From positions 1-41,147 of the forward strand of contig CALVXZ010000004.1 in the NCBI GenBank assembly GCA_944371785.1: a stretch of 41,147 nt of DNA, in the 5' to 3' direction. The notes under the pieces are model-generated. The model saw only the letters and a program-made list of their open reading frames with translations. It was not told the origin of the DNA and searched no databases. The stretch is from an uncultured Clostridia bacterium (lineage in GTDB: Bacteria; Bacillota; Clostridia; Christensenellales; DTU072). Positions within the stretch are counted from its first letter, which is position 1. Each line of letters starts with the position of its first letter. The position numbers were made by a program, and so were the translations under genes. Of this stretch, positions 19,130 through 28,757 are shown piece by piece.

Positions 19130-20194
19130 ATGGATAAATACCTCGTCCTGGAAAACGGAAACGTCTATAAAGGAAAGGCGTTCGGAGCAGAAGGCGACTC
19201 CGTGGGCGAATTGGTGTTCACCACCGGAATGGTGGGATACACCGAAACGCTGACAGATCCGTCCTACTACGGGCAGATAATAATGCACACTTTCCCGGAG
19301 ATCGGGAATTACGGCATTATGTACGAAGATATGGAATCGGACGGAGTGGCTGCCGCGGGATACGTCGTTCAGAATTACTGTCTGCACCCGTCTAATTTCA
19401 GAAAAGATACCGATATCGATTCGTTTTTAAAGGAAAAAGGCGTAGTCGGCTTGTACGGCGTGGATACCAGGGCTTTGACCGCGGCAATCCGCTCCGCCGG
19501 GGTAATGAACGCCGCAATAGTTTCCGATCCATCGAAAGTCGATTTGGAAAAGCTGCGCGGCTATAAAATCAAAAACGCCGTGGCTGCGGTTTCGTCCGCG
19601 GCGGAGGAAGTTTACGAACCCGAAAACGCCGAATTTACCGTGGCTTTATACGATTACGGCGCAAAACGCAACATAATACGCACTCTTTTAAAGCACAACT
19701 GCCGCGTTATCAGCGTGCCGTCGGATACTCCGGTATCCAGGATAAAGGACATCGCTCCGGACGGCATAATGCTGTCCAACGGACCCGGCAACCCGGCTGA
19801 ATGCAAAAAAGAAACGGCTCTGATAGCCGAGCTTATGGGATATAAGCCGATCTTCGGCATCTGCCTGGGGCATCAGCTTGCGGCGCTTGCCGCCGGAGCA
19901 AAGACGGTAAAATTGAAGTACGGTCACCGCGGAGCCAATCAGCCGGTGAAAGAACTTGCCACGGGCAGGACGTTCATCACCAGCCAAAATCACGGGTATG
20001 CCGTGGACGCCGATTCGGTAAAGACGGGTAAAGTAAGTTATATCAACGCCAACGACTTTACTTTGGAAGGGATAGATTACGACGATATCGGTATGATCAC
20101 GGTGCAATTTCATCCGGAAGCCTGCGCCGGTCCCAGGGATATGCGCAGACTTTTCGACGATTTCGACAATTTGATGAAAGGAGGTAAACGCTGA
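19130..20194 (+). CDS. carA: Carbamoyl-phosphate synthase small subunit
   Basis: TDPSY, SNGPGNP, GICLGHQ, SQNHG, QFHPE; ATG 19130 after AAAGGAG. Confidence 0.96.
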   Translation: MDKYLVLENGNVYKGKAFGAEGDSVGELVFTTGMVGYTETLTDPSYYGQIIMHTFPEIGNYGIMYEDMESDGVAAAGYVVQNYCLHPSNFRKDTDIDSFLKEKGVVGLYGVDTRALTAAIRSAGVMNAAIVSDPSKVDLEKLRGYKIKNAVAAVSSAAEEVYEPENAEFTVALYDYGAKRNIIRTLLKHNCRVISVPSDTPVSRIKDIAPDGIMLSNGPGNPAECKKETALIAELMGYKPIFGICLGHQLAALAAGAKTVKLKYGHRGANQPVKELATGRTFITSQNHGYAVDADSVKTGKVSYINANDFTLEGIDYDDIGMITVQFHPEACAGPRDMRRLFDDFDNLMKGGKR

Positions 20195-23100
20195 TGCCTC
20201 GCGATCCTAAAATTAAAAAAGTATTGGTGATCGGTTCCGGTCCGATAGTGATAGGTCAGGCGGCGGAATTCGACTACGCCGGCACGCAGGCGTGCCGCGT
20301 GCTGAAAGCCGAGGACATAAAAGTCGTCTTGGTCAATTCAAACCCCGCCACGATCATGACCGACGCGGCTTTGGCGGACGCCATTTACACCGAGCCGCTG
20401 ACTCTGGAAACGGTAAAGCGTATCATAATCAAAGAAAAACCCGATTCGGTTTTGGGAACTTTGGGCGGACAGACGGGGCTGACGCTTTCGATGCAACTGG
20501 AAAAAGAGGGCTTTTTGAAGGCGCACAAAGTACGTTTGATCGGCACCGACGCCGATTCTATCTGTCTTGCGGAGGACAGGGAACTTTTCAAAGAAACGAT
20601 GGAATCGATAAATATGCCCTGCATACCTTCGGATATCGCTTCCACCGTCGAACACGCCTTGGAGGCCGCGGAAAAGATAGGCTATCCCGTCATAGTGCGC
20701 CCGGCATTCACCCTGGGCGGTAACGGCGGCGGCGTCGCTTATTCGGCGGAAGAATTAAAGACGGTGGCGGCGGGCGGCATAGAAGTTTCGCCGATCTCGC
20801 AGATCCTGGTCGAAAAATACATCTACGGTTGGAAGGAAATAGAATTCGAAGCCATACGCGATTCGATAGGCAACACGATAGCGGTGTGCAGTATGGAAAA
20901 CGTCGATCCCGTCGGCGTGCATACCGGCGATTCCATAGTCGTGGCGCCCGCGCTGACGCTTTCGGACAAAGAATACGAAATGCTGCGTTCGGCATCGATA
21001 GACATAGTTTCGAAGCTGAACATAATCGGCGGATGCAACTGCCAATTCGCGCTGGATCCCGATTCTATGCGTTTTGCGGTGATCGAGGTAAACCCGAGGC
21101 TGTCGCGTTCGTCCGCGCTGGCAAGCAAGGCGACGGGATATCCCATTGCGAAAGTCGCCACCAGATTGGCTTTGGGCTACACCCTGGACGAGATCAAAAA
21201 CGAAGTTACCGGCAAGACGTGCGCTTGTTTCGAGCCCGCGGTAGACTATGTGGTGTGCAAATTCCCGAAGTGGCCGTTCGACAAGTTCGTCTATGCTGAC
21301 AGGACGCTGGGAACGCAGATGAAAGCCACCGGCGAAGTCATGAGCATAGCGCCTTCGTTCGAAGCCGCCATAATGAAAGCCGTCCGCGGCGCGGAAATAG
21401 GCGTGGACACTCTGAATATGCCGTCGATTGCGGATTACGATTCCGAAAAGCTGATGGCGGCTTGCGACGACAGAAGGATTTTCGCGGTATTCAAAGCGCT
21501 GAAGGAAGGCATTTCCCCCGACCGTATTTTCGAGATCACAAAGATCGACAGGTTTTTTATCGAGAAGCTGAAAAGGCTTGCCGATTTCGAAAAGGAGATC
21601 GAAGGCAAACCTATCGACGGCGAACAATATCTTACCGGCAAACGGTTGGGGTATACGGATAAGGCTTTGGAACGCATTTCCGGGAATAAGGTTCCCGAAC
21701 ATCGTAATGCGGTATACAAAATGGTAGATACCTGCGCGGCGGAATTCGACGCTGAAACGCCGTACTTCTATTCTTCGTACACCGACGAGAACGAAGTTTT
21801 AAGGCATATCGACCGTTCCAAAAAATCGGTGCTGGTATTGGGATCCGGACCTATCAGGATAGGTCAGGGCATAGAATTCGATTATTCCAGCGTGCACTGC
21901 GCCTGGGCTATCAAACGCGAAGGCTACGAGGTCAGTATCATAAACAACAACCCCGAAACCGTTTCCACCGATTTCGACGTGGCGGACAGGCTGTATTTCG
22001 AACCGCTGACTCCGGAAGACGTCGATAACGTCATTGCGGTGGAACAACCCGTCGGCGTGGTCGTGGCTTTCGGCGGACAGACGGCGATAAAGCTTACGAA
22101 ACATCTTGACGAAAAAGGCGTAAAGGTGTTGGGGACTTCCGCGGACGGCATAGACAAAGCCGAAGACAGGGAACGCTTCGACAAGCTGTTGGAAGAAGTC
22201 GGATTCAAACGTCCGAAAGGGTATGCCGTTACGAACATGACCGACGCGATACAGGTAGCCGAAAGCCTGGGGTACCCGGTATTGGTCAGACCCTCCTATG
22301 TTATCGGCGGTCAGAATATGACGATAGCATACAACGAAACCGACGTCGAAGAATATATGGGGCTGATACTTGCTAACGGCGCGGATTCTCCGATACTCAT
22401 CGACAAATACCTTATGGGCACCGAATTGGAAGTCGACGTGATCTCCGACGGCGATGACGTTTTGATGCCCGGGATTATGCAGCACATAGAGCGCGCCGGC
22501 ATCCATTCCGGCGATTCGATAGCCGTATATCCTCCGTATAACATCGGCGACGTAATGCGCGAAAAGATAGTCGATTGTTCGACAAGGCTTGCGCTGTTGT
22601 TGGGAACGCGCGGCCTGGTGAACATTCAGTACGTAATTTACGAAAACGAACTTTACGTCATCGAAGTCAACCCCAGGGCTTCGCGCACGATCCCGTATCT
22701 GAGCAAAGTCACCGGGATACCGATGGTGGATATCGCCACGCATATTATGCTGGGCGGTAAGCTGAAGGACCTGGGATACGGCAGCGGACTTGCAAAGACC
22801 GTGCCTTACGTCACCGCGAAAGTGCCCGTGTTCTCCTTTGAAAAACTCAGAAACGTCAACTCGATCCTTGGTCCGGAGATGAAATCGACCGGCGAAGTGC
22901 TTGGAGTGGGAAAGACGTTGGTGGAAGCATTGTTCAAAGGTCTGACGGCGGCAGGCTTTAAGATCGATATCGGCAAGGAAAACCGCGGAGTGTATATGTC
23001 CGTACGCGACGTGGACAAATACGACGCTTTGAAACTTGCCAAAAAGTTCTTGGATCTGGGAATAACCGTCTACGCCGACGGCGCGGCCGCCGAAGTAGTC

Positions 23101-24207
23101 CACGAACTTGGTTCCGATTGCGTGGAAATAAAAGGCGAGGAGATATATTCTCTCCTGGAAGAAGGCAGGATCGATTACATAGTTTCCACCGTTTCCAACG
23201 CCAGAAGCTCCGTGGATAAATATATAAAGCTCAGGACAAGGGCGATACAGCTTGGAGTGGCTTGCATGACTTCGTTGGATACCGCCAACGCTCTTGCAGA
23301 TATTCTGGCTTCGCGCTTTACGGAAAGGAACACCGAATTGGTGGACCTGAACAAGATGAGAAAGGACAGGCTGAAGATCGCTTTCACAAAGATGCAATCT
23401 TTGGGTAACGACGGGGTCTATATCGAAAACTTCAATAATTCCGTAAACTGTCCCGAAAGCCTTGCGATCCATTTTGCCGACAGAAACTTCGGCATAGGCT
23501 CCAACGGGCTTGCGGTCATCGGAAAATCCGACGTCGCGGACGCAAAGATGGATATATTCAACAAGGACGGTTCCGACGGCAAGACTTCGGGCACTTCGTT
23601 GATCTGTACCGGAAAATTCCTGTACGACCGCGGCATAGTAAACAAAACCGATATCACGATCGAAACGCAATCGGGTATCCGTAAATTGGGACTGTACCTT
23701 TCCGACGGCAAAGTTTCCGGCGTGACCTGCGATATGGGAATGCCGGGGCTGAAACCCGCTGATATACCTTGCGCGCTGGAAGGCGATTCGGTGGTGAACA
23801 GGGAAGTCGAGATCCGCGGTAAAAAATATAACGTCACCGTAATTTCGATCGGCAATCCGCATCTTATCATATTCGTGGACAGAGTCGACGACGTGGATAT
23901 AATGAAGTTGGGACCGCTGTTCGAATACGCACCCTTCTTCGGCGACAGAACCAACGTCGAATTCGTGCGCGTAGTCAATTCGGGCACTCTGAAAATGCGC
24001 GTATGGGAAAGGGGCAACGGCGAAACTTTGGCTTCCGGTTCGGGTGCTTGCGCCGCAGTAGTCGCCGCCACTCTGAACGGCTTTATCCCCGAAGATACGG
24101 ATATCACCGTAAAAACGCGCGGAGGCGACGTCACCGTCCACTACAAAGATTCGGTTTCGCTGACGTCTTCGGCGCACCTGGTCTACGAAGGCGTTATCAG
24201 GATTTGA
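20194..24207 (+). CDS. carB: Carbamoyl-phosphate synthase large subunit fused to a C-terminal DapF-fold domain
   Basis: GSGPIVIGQAAEFDY and GSGPIRIGQGIEFDY duplicated ATP-grasp halves, then an MGS-like region; from ~23371 FTKM...GND, DRNFGIG, GNPH, TNVEF, RVWERG.GETLA. Confidence 0.96.
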   Translation: MPRDPKIKKVLVIGSGPIVIGQAAEFDYAGTQACRVLKAEDIKVVLVNSNPATIMTDAALADAIYTEPLTLETVKRIIIKEKPDSVLGTLGGQTGLTLSMQLEKEGFLKAHKVRLIGTDADSICLAEDRELFKETMESINMPCIPSDIASTVEHALEAAEKIGYPVIVRPAFTLGGNGGGVAYSAEELKTVAAGGIEVSPISQILVEKYIYGWKEIEFEAIRDSIGNTIAVCSMENVDPVGVHTGDSIVVAPALTLSDKEYEMLRSASIDIVSKLNIIGGCNCQFALDPDSMRFAVIEVNPRLSRSSALASKATGYPIAKVATRLALGYTLDEIKNEVTGKTCACFEPAVDYVVCKFPKWPFDKFVYADRTLGTQMKATGEVMSIAPSFEAAIMKAVRGAEIGVDTLNMPSIADYDSEKLMAACDDRRIFAVFKALKEGISPDRIFEITKIDRFFIEKLKRLADFEKEIEGKPIDGEQYLTGKRLGYTDKALERISGNKVPEHRNAVYKMVDTCAAEFDAETPYFYSSYTDENEVLRHIDRSKKSVLVLGSGPIRIGQGIEFDYSSVHCAWAIKREGYEVSIINNNPETVSTDFDVADRLYFEPLTPEDVDNVIAVEQPVGVVVAFGGQTAIKLTKHLDEKGVKVLGTSADGIDKAEDRERFDKLLEEVGFKRPKGYAVTNMTDAIQVAESLGYPVLVRPSYVIGGQNMTIAYNETDVEEYMGLILANGADSPILIDKYLMGTELEVDVISDGDDVLMPGIMQHIERAGIHSGDSIAVYPPYNIGDVMREKIVDCSTRLALLLGTRGLVNIQYVIYENELYVIEVNPRASRTIPYLSKVTGIPMVDIATHIMLGGKLKDLGYGSGLAKTVPYVTAKVPVFSFEKLRNVNSILGPEMKSTGEVLGVGKTLVEALFKGLTAAGFKIDIGKENRGVYMSVRDVDKYDALKLAKKFLDLGITVYADGAAAEVVHELGSDCVEIKGEEIYSLLEEGRIDYIVSTVSNARSSVDKYIKLRTRAIQLGVACMTSLDTANALADILASRFTERNTELVDLNKMRKDRLKIAFTKMQSLGNDGVYIENFNNSVNCPESLAIHFADRNFGIGSNGLAVIGKSDVADAKMDIFNKDGSDGKTSGTSLICTGKFLYDRGIVNKTDITIETQSGIRKLGLYLSDGKVSGVTCDMGMPGLKPADIPCALEGDSVVNREVEIRGKKYNVTVISIGNPHLIIFVDRVDDVDIMKLGPLFEYAPFFGDRTNVEFVRVVNSGTLKMRVWERGNGETLASGSGACAAVVAATLNGFIPEDTDITVKTRGGDVTVHYKDSVSLTSSAHLVYEGVIRI

Positions 24208-24230
24208 TTCCCGAAAAACCGGCGTCTATC

Positions 24231-24260
24231 AAAAAGCCCGTACGGCGTACGGGCTTTTTT
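24231..24260 (+). terminator. Intrinsic terminator of arg/car operon
   Basis: AAAAAGCCCGTAC-loop-GTACGGGCTTTTTT. Confidence 0.88.
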
Positions 24261-24357
24261 GCGCGGCGCAGGCAGATGACGGCGCAGGCGGTCTGTTTTT
24301 CCGGCGAAAAGGAATTATCGCTTTTATCCGCGGTAGAAGATGTGGTATGATAATATT

Positions 24358-24819
24358 ATGAAAACGAATGCGATAAGGATACTTGAACAGAAGAAGGTTG
24401 AATTCGAGGTCATAACCTTTGCCGCCGAAGAAGCCGTTTCGGGCGTGGAGGCGGCGGCGCGTATGGGCTTGGACGTGGAAAACGTTTTTAAAACTTTGGT
24501 CACGGTAGGGAAATCGGGCGCTCATTACGTTTTCGTCGTGCCCGTGGCAAAGGAATTGGACCTCAGGAAAGCCGCAGTCGCCGCCGGCGAGAAAAACATT
24601 TCCATGATACATTCGAAAGAGCTGCTGCCGCTGACGGGATATATACACGGCGGCTGTTCCCCGATAGGTATGAAGAAGGCTTTCCCGACGTTCGTTGACG
24701 CTTCCGCGGAAGACCGGGAGTTCATCGTTTTCAGCGGCGGCAGAATAGGACTGCAGATAAAGATGAAGCCGGGCAGTCTGATAAACGCCGTAAACGCTTC
24801 CTATAAGGAATTGGTTTGA
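24358..24819 (+). CDS. ybaK: Cys-tRNA(Pro) deacylase, YbaK/EbsC family
   Basis: MKTNAIRIL, VFKTLV, LTGYIHGGCSPIGMKK, SGGRIG. Confidence 0.93.
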   Translation: MKTNAIRILEQKKVEFEVITFAAEEAVSGVEAAARMGLDVENVFKTLVTVGKSGAHYVFVVPVAKELDLRKAAVAAGEKNISMIHSKELLPLTGYIHGGCSPIGMKKAFPTFVDASAEDREFIVFSGGRIGLQIKMKPGSLINAVNASYKELV

Positions 24820-24823
24820 TCGG

Positions 24824-25936
24824 TTAATTTCGGATTTTCGGAAAATAGCTGTAAAAAGTAGTTTCGATTTCCGCGTTGTATAATTTTCTCCGTTTGTCGG
24901 CTTTCCCCAAAGCGCGTTCCAAACCCGGATATGCCGAAATGATCCCGAAGGTAAATCCCGGGAGTCTTTTTTTGCCTGCGGCAAGCTCCGCATATATTTT
25001 TTTCAACTCCTCGCCGTCGCCTAGCCGTATGCCGTAAGGGGGATTCGTAACGACGTGTCCCGATTTGAAACGGGAACTCAGTTCGGAAACGGGACGCACC
25101 TGAAAATGTACTTTTCCGCTAAGCCCGGCCGCTTTCAGATGCGCCTCCGCCATGGACACCGCGGACGGATTGACGTCGTATCCGGCAATGTCGGGTTTCA
25201 CGTCGGCGATTTTTGCCGTCAGCTCCTCGCGCAGTTCGCGCGTGATCTTTCCGTCGAAGACAGGATAGTTTTCGAAAGCGAAAGTTCTTTTCAGTCCCGG
25301 CGCGGTGTTCGTGGCTATCAAAGCCGCCTCGACGGGAATGGTCCCCGAACCGCAGAACGGATCTATCAACACTCCGCCCCTGTATCCCGTCAGCAGCAGG
25401 AGCGCAGCCGCAAGAGTTTCCGACAGGGGGGCTTCGCCGACCATTTTCCTGTAACCGCGTTTATGCAGGGCGTCTCCCGAAGTGTCCATCATGAAATTAA
25501 GGACGTCGTCGCTGACGTCCGCCGTAAAACGGTAGGTTTCCCCCGTTTCCGGTAACGTCCCTCCCATAGCGTCGGCAACGGCGCGCTTTGCGACCTTTTG
25601 CAGCGCGCTCAGCGCGAACAGCTTCGATCTGTGCGAAGAGGCGTTTACGATTATTTTTGCGTCGTGAGGTATGAAATCGCTGAATGGCAGGGCGCGTATC
25701 GCGTCGTATACGTCGTCGAAGGTTTCGGCTTTGCACGAGGTCAGATCCAGGTACACGCGGTTCGCCGTCCTCAGCGTCATATTCAAACGCGCGGCGTCCG
25801 TCAGACCGCCTTTGAACGGGATGCGTCCGTATGACGCGCCGCCGGGTTCGAAACCTTGTTTTATCAGCTCACGCTTAACGACGGCTTCCAATCCGGAAGC
25901 CGCCGTCACGCATAAGTTTTCGAAAATATCGGGCAT
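24824..25936 (-). CDS. THUMP-domain SAM-dependent RNA methyltransferase (RlmL N-half / YpsC-like)
   Basis: GLEAVVKREL, LRTANRV, DTSG..LHKRGYR, APLSETLAA, DPFCGSGTI, TNPPYG. Confidence 0.9.
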   Translation of the reverse strand: MPDIFENLCVTAASGLEAVVKRELIKQGFEPGGASYGRIPFKGGLTDAARLNMTLRTANRVYLDLTSCKAETFDDVYDAIRALPFSDFIPHDAKIIVNASSHRSKLFALSALQKVAKRAVADAMGGTLPETGETYRFTADVSDDVLNFMMDTSGDALHKRGYRKMVGEAPLSETLAAALLLLTGYRGGVLIDPFCGSGTIPVEAALIATNTAPGLKRTFAFENYPVFDGKITRELREELTAKIADVKPDIAGYDVNPSAVSMAEAHLKAAGLSGKVHFQVRPVSELSSRFKSGHVVTNPPYGIRLGDGEELKKIYAELAAGKKRLPGFTFGIISAYPGLERALGKADKRRKLYNAEIETTFYSYFPKIRN

Positions 25937-25953
25937 ATACGGGTGCGGAAAGT

Positions 25954-27732
25954 CTATTTTCCGTCCGCGTCGGAATCGTCCGCGGGATCGTCGGAATTTT
26001 GAATTTCGTTATCTTTAATTTCGGTTTCGGTATCCGAAACGTCGGTTTTATCTGCCTGATTATTGATTATTTCACCTATCGAATCAGAATTCATTATGGC
26101 TGCCGCTTCGTCCTCGGTGATAGCGCCGATAGAGGATTTGCCGATCTCTTCGTCAAGGTTGTAAGCGCCTTCCGCACGGCTCTTTTCGGCGAGGGCTTCG
26201 ACTATCTTCGCGTGCTCTTTTTTGTTCAGCTTATAGAAGAACAGAGTGACCAGCATCAATGCCGCCGAAACAGCGGATACGATGAACGCCAGGTTGAAAT
26301 AATTCAACGCGTTGTCGATCTGCGTCTGAGTGGGATCGGTAACGCCGCCGTAGAAGTAGCTGGGTTGGTAATCCATTCCCTGTTTGATGTAAGCCATTAC
26401 CACCAATCCGGCGTTTGTGAACACCAGCACCAGCGCGTACAGGAAAGTCTGGATAAAGCCTTCCAGCCGTTTTCCGGTGAGGTATTGCTGGTAGTCGCAC
26501 AGTTCCGCCATCATCAGCGGCTGCAGCGAAGCCAGCGCGTTGAACAGCGAAATGAATCTTAACAGGGTGATGACCACGGCGGATACGGTGCCTTGTTCGA
26601 TGTTCTGCAAGCCTATAAGACCCAACAGCATATAACCGAAAGCGTTGCAGCCCATCCATATCATCAATATGGTGCGGTTGGTCATCTTTCTGGTCATCAG
26701 AGGCAACAGGATCATATTCGGAGTGACTGCGAATCCGGTGATCAAAGTCAGCGCGCCGAATACCTGAAGCCCGGTGTCGATATCGGAAGCATAACGCAAT
26801 CTGCCGATGACCTCGGCGTCGACCTCGACTACGGTACGGCTGGAACCCAAAACCAAAGCCAAAGTAAAAATCAGCAGCGGCTTGTTTTTCATTATCATCC
26901 TCATGCCTTCGAACAAGCCGACTTTTTCTTTGTTTTCCACAGTCGGAATGACGCGTTCTTTGACTTTGAACAGGCACAGCAACAGGACCAGACCTACCGC
27001 CGCGTAAATGAAGCCCATATATCTGTAAGCCAGGTATTCCTGACCCAGATCGTAGAAGTAACCCTTTATGGCGTTACCCAATACGTTCATAATAGTGGGG
27101 GAGAAGCCTATTACCAATCCGATAGGCGACCAGACGTCGGCCCTTTCCTGTTGGTTCGGGGTGATGACGCCGGGAAGGAGATAGAACGTGTTCTGCACCA
27201 GGTTCCACAGTATCAGCGTGGGGGTGCAGATCAGGTACGCGTATATGGTACGCGCGTTCTCGGTCATACCTTGCGGCTGCCACGTCGCGGCGATGGCAAA
27301 GACCGCCAGAATGGGGGCAAGCACCAGAATGAACGGTTTGTATTTGCCGTATTTGGTGTTTGTGTTCTGGATCAGCTTCCCGAATATCGGTTGGATGATC
27401 AGACCGATTATACTTGAAAGGAAACAGATCCAGGCGCCGTGGATGACGTCGATGTCGTAAATGCCCGGGATCTGCGTCGCGGTTATCAGACCGGAAACTA
27501 TGGTAATGATCGTGCTGACGCCGAAAGCCGTTCCGCCCAGGCACAGAATCTCTTTCAGATTAAGATATCTGCCCTTCGGGGGATTCTTCCAAAATACCTT
27601 GATTTTAGCGGGTAAAGTTTTAAAAAACTCCTTAAAATCAAACTTCGGTTTTCCTTTCGGCCCGTTGCCGGGGGAAAGCTCCGGTTCGGTTGCGGGAGTC
27701 GTTTCCGGGGTGAAATCCGTATTGTTATCCAT
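25954..27732 (-). CDS. MFS transporter, glycoside-pentoside-hexuronide (GPH) family
   Basis: About 12 TM helices; TKYGKYKPF, ITPNQQER, DYQQYLTGKRLEG; ATG 27732 after GGAAGGAGG; acidic tail. Confidence 0.85.
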   Translation of the reverse strand: MDNNTDFTPETTPATEPELSPGNGPKGKPKFDFKEFFKTLPAKIKVFWKNPPKGRYLNLKEILCLGGTAFGVSTIITIVSGLITATQIPGIYDIDVIHGAWICFLSSIIGLIIQPIFGKLIQNTNTKYGKYKPFILVLAPILAVFAIAATWQPQGMTENARTIYAYLICTPTLILWNLVQNTFYLLPGVITPNQQERADVWSPIGLVIGFSPTIMNVLGNAIKGYFYDLGQEYLAYRYMGFIYAAVGLVLLLCLFKVKERVIPTVENKEKVGLFEGMRMIMKNKPLLIFTLALVLGSSRTVVEVDAEVIGRLRYASDIDTGLQVFGALTLITGFAVTPNMILLPLMTRKMTNRTILMIWMGCNAFGYMLLGLIGLQNIEQGTVSAVVITLLRFISLFNALASLQPLMMAELCDYQQYLTGKRLEGFIQTFLYALVLVFTNAGLVVMAYIKQGMDYQPSYFYGGVTDPTQTQIDNALNYFNLAFIVSAVSAALMLVTLFFYKLNKKEHAKIVEALAEKSRAEGAYNLDEEIGKSSIGAITEDEAAAIMNSDSIGEIINNQADKTDVSDTETEIKDNEIQNSDDPADDSDADGK

Positions 27733-27778
27733 GGCTGCCTCCTTCCATAAAAGGCGTGCGCAATACACGTTATTAAAA

Positions 27779-27807
27779 ATTATAACTTATGCGCGCGCAG
27801 TAGTCAA
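27779..27807 (-). promoter_or_regulatory. Sigma-A promoter of MFS gene
   Basis: TTGACT N17 TATAAT on the minus strand. Confidence 0.75.
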
Positions 27808-27877
27808 CCTTTTCCGACATAATAAAACGACGGTAAAACTCGGAATCCGAAACGCGCGCCGTAAAGAACCTCCCGTG

Positions 27878-27906
27878 TTGACATCGGGCGCCGCAAATGA
27901 TATATT
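27878..27906 (+). promoter_or_regulatory. Sigma-A promoter of punA-add
   Basis: TTGACA N17 TATATT with extended TG. Confidence 0.75.
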
Positions 27907-27929
27907 GAACTCGGAAAGAAGGTGAACGT

Positions 27930-28757
27930 ATGCAGAAAGATCCCGAAAAAGAATATCAAAAACTGCTTGTTGCCGAAGCCGAATTGGAAAAGCGGTTAAA
28001 CGACAGACCCGAAACGGCTGTAGTCCTGGGTTCGGGGCTCGGCGGCTTTGCCGAAGATTTTCCGTTAAAGATCCCTTATACGGAGATACCTTGGCTGAAA
28101 CCTTCCACCGTCAGCGGTCACGAAGGCGCTTTCGCCTTTGGCGAAATAGGCGGCAAAAAGGTGCTTGCGATGACGGGCAGGGTGCATTATTACGAAGGTT
28201 ATTCGGCGGCGGAAGTCGTGCGTCCGGTCAGATTGGCGGCGATGCTGGGCATAAAAAAGCTGATCCTGACCAACGTATCGGGAGGCATCAATCCGGATCT
28301 TCCGATAGGCAGTCCCGTAATGATTTCCGGGCATATCGCCTGTCTGGTGCCGTCGCCGCTGAGGGGCGAAAACGCGGACGAATTGGGAGTAAGATTCCCG
28401 GATATGAGCGAAGTTTATTCGTTTCGATTCCGCGAAACGGCAAAACGCATATACAAAGAACACGGGAGCGAGTACCGCGAAGGAGTGTATCTGCAGGCAC
28501 CCGGTCCGCAATACGAAACTCCGGAGGAGATCTCGGCTTTCCGCATTTGGGGCGCGGATATGGTGGGAATGTCCACGGCGATAGAAGCCGTCGCCGCAAA
28601 GCACGCCGGTATGGAGATCGCAGGCGTCAGCCTGATCGCAAACGCCGCCGCCGGGCTGAGCGATAAAAAGCTGAGTCACGAGGAAGTGAAAGCCGCCGCG
28701 GCGTCCGGCGCCGTGCGGTTCAACGCGCTGGTCACGGAACTGATAAAACGGATATGA
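27930..28757 (+). CDS. punA: Purine-nucleoside phosphorylase (trimeric PNP/XapA type)
   Basis: VLGSGLG, GRVHYYEG, GPQYETPEE, GADMVGMST, LSHEEV. Confidence 0.93.
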   Translation: MQKDPEKEYQKLLVAEAELEKRLNDRPETAVVLGSGLGGFAEDFPLKIPYTEIPWLKPSTVSGHEGAFAFGEIGGKKVLAMTGRVHYYEGYSAAEVVRPVRLAAMLGIKKLILTNVSGGINPDLPIGSPVMISGHIACLVPSPLRGENADELGVRFPDMSEVYSFRFRETAKRIYKEHGSEYREGVYLQAPGPQYETPEEISAFRIWGADMVGMSTAIEAVAAKHAGMEIAGVSLIANAAAGLSDKKLSHEEVKAAAASGAVRFNALVTELIKRI

